Source: an uncultured virus (IMG/VR IMGVR_UViG_3300023179_000081) | Lineage: Duplodnaviria > Heunggongvirae > Uroviricota > Caudoviricetes | IMG/VR virus record: IMGVR_UViG_3300023179_000081 | Strand: one strand, 5' to 3' | DNA: 20,000 nucleotides | In this document: positions 15,708 through 20,000 of the stretch, piece after piece | Layout of the letters: every line of letters begins with the position of its first letter | Position numbering within the stretch: the stretch's first letter is position 1 | Notes under the pieces: model-generated | The model's input: the letters and a program-made list of their open reading frames with translations, nothing else | Database searches by the model: none | Told to the model about the DNA's origin: nothing | Position numbers and translations under genes: made by a program

Positions 15708-15932
15708 AACTAGTCGCTTATCAAGCGGGTCTCCATAAACGAAAAATGCAGTGATTTCGTTGTAAGACTCACAATCTAAACTTCTGCGCGAATAACCAAG
15801 AAACTGGTCATACAGTTTGCGATTGTCAAAGGTAACAGAAGCAAAACGACCATCTTGCTCTACAGTGTAACTATCCTGATGACATCCGTCAAAGAATTTA
15901 ATCAAATGACTCTTAAGATCTTCTGAATTCAA
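15678..15932 (-). CDS. Hypothetical protein
   Basis: TTG start overlapping the upstream TGA. The stop is the TAA in the TATAAT of copy 23. Confidence 0.65.
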   Translation of the reverse strand: MNSEDLKSHLIKFFDGCHQDSYTVEQDGRFASVTFDNRKLYDQFLGYSRRSLDCESYNEITAFFVYGDPLDKRLVFSDTRRTRV

Positions 15933-16366
15933 GCTGTTCTCCAGTTGTGCCCGTATTCTGCCTCAATAATATCCTCAAAACCTTCATTGTAATCGTTAAT
16001 CCGATATATGGTACCTTTATCGACTTCCATGATTCTGATTTTACCACCATCTGCGTGAGCCGTATCACCTAACTCTTCAATTGTTTGAACAAGAAAAGGA
16101 TCAGTGCGATCAAAATCTGTGTCGGTTATAGTGCCTTCGCGCTTGATGCGGTTAGATCGTGCACGCTCTAAAATAGTGGCCTTTTTTAAATCAGATATAT
16201 CATCTAAGTAGCCAATTCTATTCTCTTCTGAAACAACCCAGTAATCTGGAAATAACCCATCCTCGACATAAATAGGAATCCCTTTAAGTTCCGCGTAACG
16301 TCGCATAGCCGCTTCGCTTAGGCGGAATGGAGTATAAGATCGATTGATTACGACTTTTGTTTTCAT
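15929..16366 (-). CDS. Hypothetical phage protein, paralog of the C-terminal part of 149..823
   Basis: KVVINRSY..F.LSEAAMRRYAELKGI...RTDPFLVQTIEELG. Confidence 0.85.
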   Translation of the reverse strand: MKTKVVINRSYTPFRLSEAAMRRYAELKGIPIYVEDGLFPDYWVVSEENRIGYLDDISDLKKATILERARSNRIKREGTITDTDFDRTDPFLVQTIEELGDTAHADGGKIRIMEVDKGTIYRINDYNEGFEDIIEAEYGHNWRTA

Positions 16367-16370
16367 GTAT

Positions 16371-16394
16371 TTATTAATTATGAGGGTTGGAAAA
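16371..16394 (-). promoter_or_regulatory. Motif copy 24 with net 9-bp internal deletion
   Basis: Plus strand TTATTAATTA-TGAGGGTTGGAAAA, TATAAT disrupted. Confidence 0.7.
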
Positions 16395-16399
16395 TGAGG

Positions 16400-16834
16400 T
16401 CATCGCAATGGGTCGCATTTGACCACTCTAATGTAGCTGAATTTATTAAAATGGCCTTTCCACATGTATGTGTGGAATTTAATGCCGCCGATGTCATGGT
16501 ACGGATATGTATTGCCATCAAGCTCTACATTTAAGTCGCTTTTGACAAAATCTTGAATTCTCTGCGCTAAATCCGCATCGTGAGTTGCACCGACGACATA
16601 AATATACGCATCTCTATAATCATTGAACGAATCTCCGCCAGAATAAACCACGTAGATAAGATAAATATCTTTCTTTGGATTGTATTCACTGATATTGGTA
16701 CGCCAGTCATAACGTGAGTACTTTGTGCTTTTCTTAGTAGCTTTGCTAACACCAGTGAATTCCCATGTATTCCAGGTCTCTTCCGAGAATAAATCTGCTC
16801 CCGATTCGTGATTGAAATTAGCTATGATTTCCAT
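16400..16834 (-). CDS. Hypothetical phage protein (VVYSGGDSF...WKGHF motifs)
   Basis: Start re-assigned to ATG 16834 (MEIIANF) at motif copy 25. Confidence 0.8.
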   Translation of the reverse strand: MEIIANFNHESGADLFSEETWNTWEFTGVSKATKKSTKYSRYDWRTNISEYNPKKDIYLIYVVYSGGDSFNDYRDAYIYVVGATHDADLAQRIQDFVKSDLNVELDGNTYPYHDIGGIKFHTYMWKGHFNKFSYIRVVKCDPLR

Positions 16835-16838
16835 GTGC

Positions 16839-16871
16839 TTATTATACCTAGTCTTTCTGAGGGTTGGAAAA
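16839..16871 (-). promoter_or_regulatory. Motif copy 25, leaderless-type promoter
   Basis: TATAAT-6nt-ATG(16834). Confidence 0.85.
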
Positions 16872-17153
16872 ATCCCAATTGGGTTTAACAATATGTAATA
16901 ATGGATGATCTCCGACCTGGTCACCAGCGATCCACGCAAATGCATCACGCTTAGTTCTGAAATATCGTGATTTCCTAAAAGGTCCGATGTTGTTGATCAC
17001 AATATCGTGTACAACGGCCCACGACATACTTCCGTTGCCCGTCTCGATTGGTGGAGCGATGAAGCGCACAATATCGCAATGTATCGAGCTAGAGCCTCCA
17101 TAATCGTCATAATCTACGTAATCGTAATATGCAATAACTTCGTTATTTTCCAT
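16848..17153 (-). CDS. Hypothetical protein, paralog of the C-terminal domain of 17975..18481
   Basis: VIAYYD...GG...F..KR.A.AW..GD.....P.LH shared. ATG 17153 lies just past the upstream stop. Confidence 0.8.
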   Translation of the reverse strand: MENNEVIAYYDYVDYDDYGGSSSIHCDIVRFIAPPIETGNGSMSWAVVHDIVINNIGPFRKSRYFRTKRDAFAWIAGDQVGDHPLLHIVKPNWDFSNPQKD

Positions 17154-17155
17154 AT

Positions 17156-17368
17156 TCAAAGCTTGATGATTTTGCCGCAATACGCACATTCAGACATATC
17201 ATAATCTGGAAAATTTGGTTCGCGGTGTTGCTCTTTCCAAGTTCTAGTAAATCCCCAATGTCCACATTTGGTAGCGTGAACACGCAGAGCTTCTTTAAGT
17301 TCTGCGTTTATCTTGATCCAACTTGCTATTTCGTTAATTGTTTCTGGCTGCAATCCTATTTTTTCCAT
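17156..17368 (-). CDS. Small Cys/His-containing protein (CGH...CAYCG), possible zinc binder
   Basis: 70 aa, TAATG coupling with the upstream gene. Confidence 0.7.
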   Translation of the reverse strand: MEKIGLQPETINEIASWIKINAELKEALRVHATKCGHWGFTRTWKEQHREPNFPDYDMSECAYCGKIIKL

Positions 17369-17922
17369 TAATCTTGCTCCATATTGTAATATTCTTTCGT
17401 TCGATTATATTTCTCTTCGAGAAACGTCGTGATTAATTTTCGCTGTGCGTCCACTAGTGCGCGAAGATGAATGCATTCGCGGAGTAATTCTTTTGGATTC
17501 TTCAAGAGATTAGCTTCCTCTGAAGGGTTCTCAGGAATATATTCTTCTCCGTTTAAATACCAACGTGGTCGATCTTTACTCTGCACAGGCGGCAAATAAG
17601 CTGGTCCTGCTTCGTTGTGTAAGTTGCCTTCGTAATAAAATTCAAGTAGTCCGCTAGGATAAATGCACGCAGGTCCGTTGGTTCGATGTAAAACACCACC
17701 CTTGTAATGAAAAGTCGTACCATCTTCAGATGAATATTCACCGTCGGCAATGTAACCTTCTTTATTGAGCCAATTAATGAAGTAAAAATTGTTATTATGC
17801 AGACATAGAGCGATGATCGCCTCTCTATCGCAATACACCTGCTCAGCATACTCAATAAGACCGCGAGGTGCCAATCGCTCCTGGAGATTTTCGATTGTTA
17901 ATTCTAAAAGTTCTGGTTCCAT
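17368..17922 (-). CDS. Protein with LHRxxGPA beta-hairpin repeats
   Basis: GVLHRTNGPACIY and GNLHNEAGPAYL...WYLNG. Leaderless start at motif copy 26. Confidence 0.85.
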   Translation of the reverse strand: MEPELLELTIENLQERLAPRGLIEYAEQVYCDREAIIALCLHNNNFYFINWLNKEGYIADGEYSSEDGTTFHYKGGVLHRTNGPACIYPSGLLEFYYEGNLHNEAGPAYLPPVQSKDRPRWYLNGEEYIPENPSEEANLLKNPKELLRECIHLRALVDAQRKLITTFLEEKYNRTKEYYNMEQD

Positions 17923-17926
17923 GTGT

Positions 17927-17960
17927 TTATTATACCCGCACCAATTTGAGAGTAGGAAAA
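17927..17960 (-). promoter_or_regulatory. Motif copy 26 (one extra spacer base), leaderless-type promoter
   Basis: TTCCTA-18-TATAAT-6nt-ATG(17922). Confidence 0.8.
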
Positions 17961-17974
17961 TCTAAGATTTCCTT

Positions 17975-18481
17975 TTAGCGATGAAGACGCGGATATCCTT
18001 CGATACAATCGCCGCGAAGCCATGCGTGGGCCTGCCGCTTGTGCTTGAAAAGCAACCGACGCGGTTCGATTTTGCCATCGATCTCGATATCAAATGAAGC
18101 AGACCATGGAAGATGCGGCAAAGAGAAACCGTCTACCTTTTTTGGTCCATGGAATTTGGTAATATTGACTCTCGTCGAATGATCGCCACCACCATCACGA
18201 TAGTTATCATCGTAATAGGCAATTACCTTAGTTTTCTGTTGACGGTGTTTCCGAAGCTCACGGTATGCCTCAAGCGTCATTTCGCGAGCTTCAGCCACTG
18301 TCTCACCTTGAGAATTAACACCTGGAATTTCCATGATGTAAGAAGAGAATCCACCTTCTTCAGCGGGCTCAATCACAATTGTAATTGTTTCGAATTCAGA
18401 TTGTGATCTCTCTCTATTCTTGGCAACAGTGCGATCAAGACGATCCCAGTAACGCGCGAATTCTTCAGTTGTGTTAGTCAT
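17975..18481 (-). CDS. HicB-like domain fused to an uncharacterised C-terminal domain
   Basis: TIVIEPAEEGGFSSYIMEIPGVNSQGETVAEAREMTLEA is a typical HicB N-terminal motif. Confidence 0.8.
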   Translation of the reverse strand: MTNTTEEFARYWDRLDRTVAKNRERSQSEFETITIVIEPAEEGGFSSYIMEIPGVNSQGETVAEAREMTLEAYRELRKHRQQKTKVIAYYDDNYRDGGGDHSTRVNITKFHGPKKVDGFSLPHLPWSASFDIEIDGKIEPRRLLFKHKRQAHAWLRGDCIEGYPRLHR

Positions 18482-18487
18482 TTTAAA

Positions 18488-18682
18488 CTATCCAGATACA
18501 GGGCGCTGGAATTTATTCGAGAACATGCCAGCAAATTCTCCTACCTTCTTTCCGAAGTAGAACTCGCCGATCTCGTACCATTCGCCATCGATCTGCTTTT
18601 GGTCGCCAGCCTTCAAGACATCGTCCTTTTCAAGCCGAATAAAATTCGTATTTCCGGTGTTTTCCATTTGTGCGTTTTGCAT
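18488..18682 (-). CDS. Small hypothetical protein (single L...D....GD...W...G...RP domain)
   Basis: 64 aa, similar to the C-terminus of 18697..19059. Confidence 0.75.
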   Translation of the reverse strand: MQNAQMENTGNTNFIRLEKDDVLKAGDQKQIDGEWYEIGEFYFGKKVGEFAGMFSNKFQRPVSG

Positions 18683-18696
18683 GGTCTTGTGTCGTA

Positions 18697-19059
18697 TCAG
18701 TCGCTAAGTGGTCGCTTGAATTCAGCCGTAAAATCTTTCGTGCTCTTGCCAGCGTAAAAACCATCAACATCGCGCCATTGCTCAAGGATGAGGATCATGT
18801 CGCCTAATTCAATAGTCTCATCTTTTCCAAGCTTCCGAAAGTAAACTTCCGTTGCAATCTCCTTGGCGTTCAAATGAACACCGCCAGCTAATGCAGTCTC
18901 GTGCAACGCATTAAGCTCGTCAAAGGTATTCTCACCATTCTCTTGCTTCTTAAGATTAGCGCTATCGATTGAGTGGGAAATTAGTTTCAGGGTGATAAAA
19001 GTCACTACTCCCGTTAAAATAAGCGTGATTGCCCAAAACTCAGTGTTGGTAAAGATCAT
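18697..19059 (-). CDS. Membrane-anchored hypothetical protein
   Basis: N-terminal hydrophobic helix FWAITLILTGVVTFITLKLI, GGAG Shine-Dalgarno. Confidence 0.8.
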   Translation of the reverse strand: MIFTNTEFWAITLILTGVVTFITLKLISHSIDSANLKKQENGENTFDELNALHETALAGGVHLNAKEIATEVYFRKLGKDETIELGDMILILEQWRDVDGFYAGKSTKDFTAEFKRPLSD

Positions 19060-19119
19060 CGCGTAACTCCGATTGTGTTGTGTGTGTTCATATTTGTGCT
19101 CTGCTGTTGGTCAGCGATT

Positions 19120-19152
19120 TTATTATACCCAACGAATGTGAGGGTTGGAAAA
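19120..19152 (-). promoter_or_regulatory. Motif copy 27 (leadered, flanked by 15-bp inverted repeats)
   Basis: Consensus match. Confidence 0.85.
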
Positions 19153-19171
19153 TCGCTGACCAATACGACGG

Positions 19172-19732
19172 TTAAATTAAGCGTCGGTACAAACCAAGTT
19201 GATAATCTAGAACTGGCTTACCAACAAAGTCTGGATCAACAACATCCCAATCGCCATCGTAAAATTCATCGCTTTTTTGAATAAGATCGCCAGGCTCAAC
19301 ATATAGAAAATCTCCCTCGGCATCAATGTTAATTGGTCTTCGGTAGGGAGAATGGTCATCAAGAGAAATCCTCTGTCCTACAAAGTGGCCAGGAACGGTT
19401 GCCCACATCGCACCATCGAATTGAACGTCATAAGGGAGCAAAACATCTCCTATTCTTAACTCAAGGTAAGAGTTTGGATTGCCTTCTTGGCCATCGTACA
19501 TAACGAAATATTCAGGGTTTCTATTTTCTGAAAGAATATCTACGCTTTGAACGGTGATGTTAAGTTTTTGTAGAATTGTGAGAAAACTATTGAGTCGTGT
19601 TTCTCTTTCGAATCTAGCAACTCTAACATTTCTAATGGAACCGTGCTGGTCTAATAGTCCAGGATTGGTGATTTCTCGTGGAGCGGCGTATTCGGTGGCG
19701 AGTGTTTCGGTGGTTTGTGTGGTGGTTGACAT
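19172..19732 (-). CDS. Hypothetical protein, paralog of 9204..9788
   Basis: 186 aa with two internal ~45-aa domains ending YRRP and YRRL. Confidence 0.85.
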   Translation of the reverse strand: MSTTTQTTETLATEYAAPREITNPGLLDQHGSIRNVRVARFERETRLNSFLTILQKLNITVQSVDILSENRNPEYFVMYDGQEGNPNSYLELRIGDVLLPYDVQFDGAMWATVPGHFVGQRISLDDHSPYRRPINIDAEGDFLYVEPGDLIQKSDEFYDGDWDVVDPDFVGKPVLDYQLGLYRRLI

Positions 19733-19804
19733 AATAATTCCGTGGGGTTTCCCAATTTAGTTATACGATTTTTTTGAAAATATTTCCACCAAAATCTGAA
19801 TTCT

Positions 19805-19879
19805 TGGAGGGGCCAGATTGAATTGAACAATCATTTCCTGTGCCACAGACAGGCGTTCGAACCGTTGAACTACAGCCGC
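19805..19879 (-). tRNA. tRNA-His(GTG)
   Basis: GCGGCTG-TA-GTTC-AACGGTTC-GAAC-G-CCTGT-CTGTGGC-ACAGG-AAAT-GATTG-TTCAATT-CAATC-TGGCCCC-T-CCA. Confidence 0.85.
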
Positions 19880-19881
19880 TC

Positions 19882-20000
19882 TTAAAAACTTACACAATTC
19901 TGAACATTTGTTCTTAATTGATGTTTTATTCCTGCTTCTGCGACGATAGTTTCGTTGCTGGCAAAGCCAGCAACCAGAGCTTTCATCTCCACAGGCGTTG
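19882..20000 (-). CDS. Possible 3' end of a gene entering from outside the window
   Basis: Open frame ...TPVEMKALVAGFASNETIVAEAGIKHQLRTNVQNCVSF*, stopping just before tRNA-His. Confidence 0.4.
   Translation of the reverse strand, partial: TPVEMKALVAGFASNETIVAEAGIKHQLRTNVQNCVSF

Larger units (their letters stand above)
90..19152 (-). repeat. Dispersed ~33-bp promoter-like repeat family (27 copies) delimiting gene cassettes
   Basis: Plus-strand consensus TTATTATACC-N9-TGAGGGTTGGAAAA starts at 90, 876, 1598, 2298, 2907, 3674, 4341, 4856, 5281, 5951, 6564, 7445, 8560, 9163, 9794, 10277, 11045, 11745, 13192, 14189, 14312, 15020, 15675, 16371 (internally deleted), 16839, 17927 (N10) and 19120. 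All copies have the same orientation. Confidence 0.97.

Noticed and set aside
5947..16948. Long N-terminal extensions in the ORF track (starts at 5991, 6628, 9346, 13271, 15096, 16948) sharing an FPTL...GYNK peptide
   Set aside because: The shared peptide is just the translated DNA motif. True starts are more likely the ATG after TATAAT.
90..19152. Repeated motif as a CRISPR array or integron attC sites
   Set aside because: Intervening sequences are whole genes of variable length. The motif is not palindromic, has a variable centre and lacks GTTRRRY/RYYYAAC hairpin ends. No cas or integrase gene is in the window.
414..19760. Short plus-strand ORFs and alternate-frame minus ORFs in the track (e.g. 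1761..2096, 1782..2105, 9138..9524, 14039..14245)
   Set aside because: They are shadows of better-supported genes, repeats or tRNAs.
19760..19790. Possible different promoter (TGGAAA-17-TATAAC) for 19172..19732
   Set aside because: Single weak match in AT-rich sequence without the CTCA box, so there is not enough support.
19954..19974. 9-bp perfect hairpin GTTGCTGGC-AAA-GCCAGCAAC
   Set aside because: It lies in a probable coding frame at the window edge with no U-tract, so no function can be assigned.

Overview
Gene-dense segment, almost entirely on the minus strand, that looks like the accessory or early region of a large phage. It has about 45 short, mostly hypothetical genes. Recognisable products are an RNA ligase, a macro domain, an endonuclease V-like glycosylase, two HNH nucleases, two orphan HicB-like domains and an AbrB-like protein. 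There are also four tRNA genes (Thr-UGU-like, CAU, Ile-UAU, His-GUG), each with non-canonical features. The dominant structure is a ~33-bp motif repeated 27 times, reading TTTTCCAACCCTCA-N9-GGTATAATAA on the minus strand. It fits a TTCCAA-17bp-TATAAT promoter with an extra conserved CTCA box. In 20 copies the start codon lies 6-7 nt after the TATAAT position (leaderless mRNA geometry), and the previous gene or tRNA often ends within a few bases of the motif. The region is therefore an array of promoter-gene cassettes. Duplicated genes whose boundaries fall inside the motif, identical motif copies flanking single genes, and repeated domain shuffling suggest the motif also acts as a recombination joint. 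All coordinates were read by eye and protein calls come from motif recognition, not database searches.
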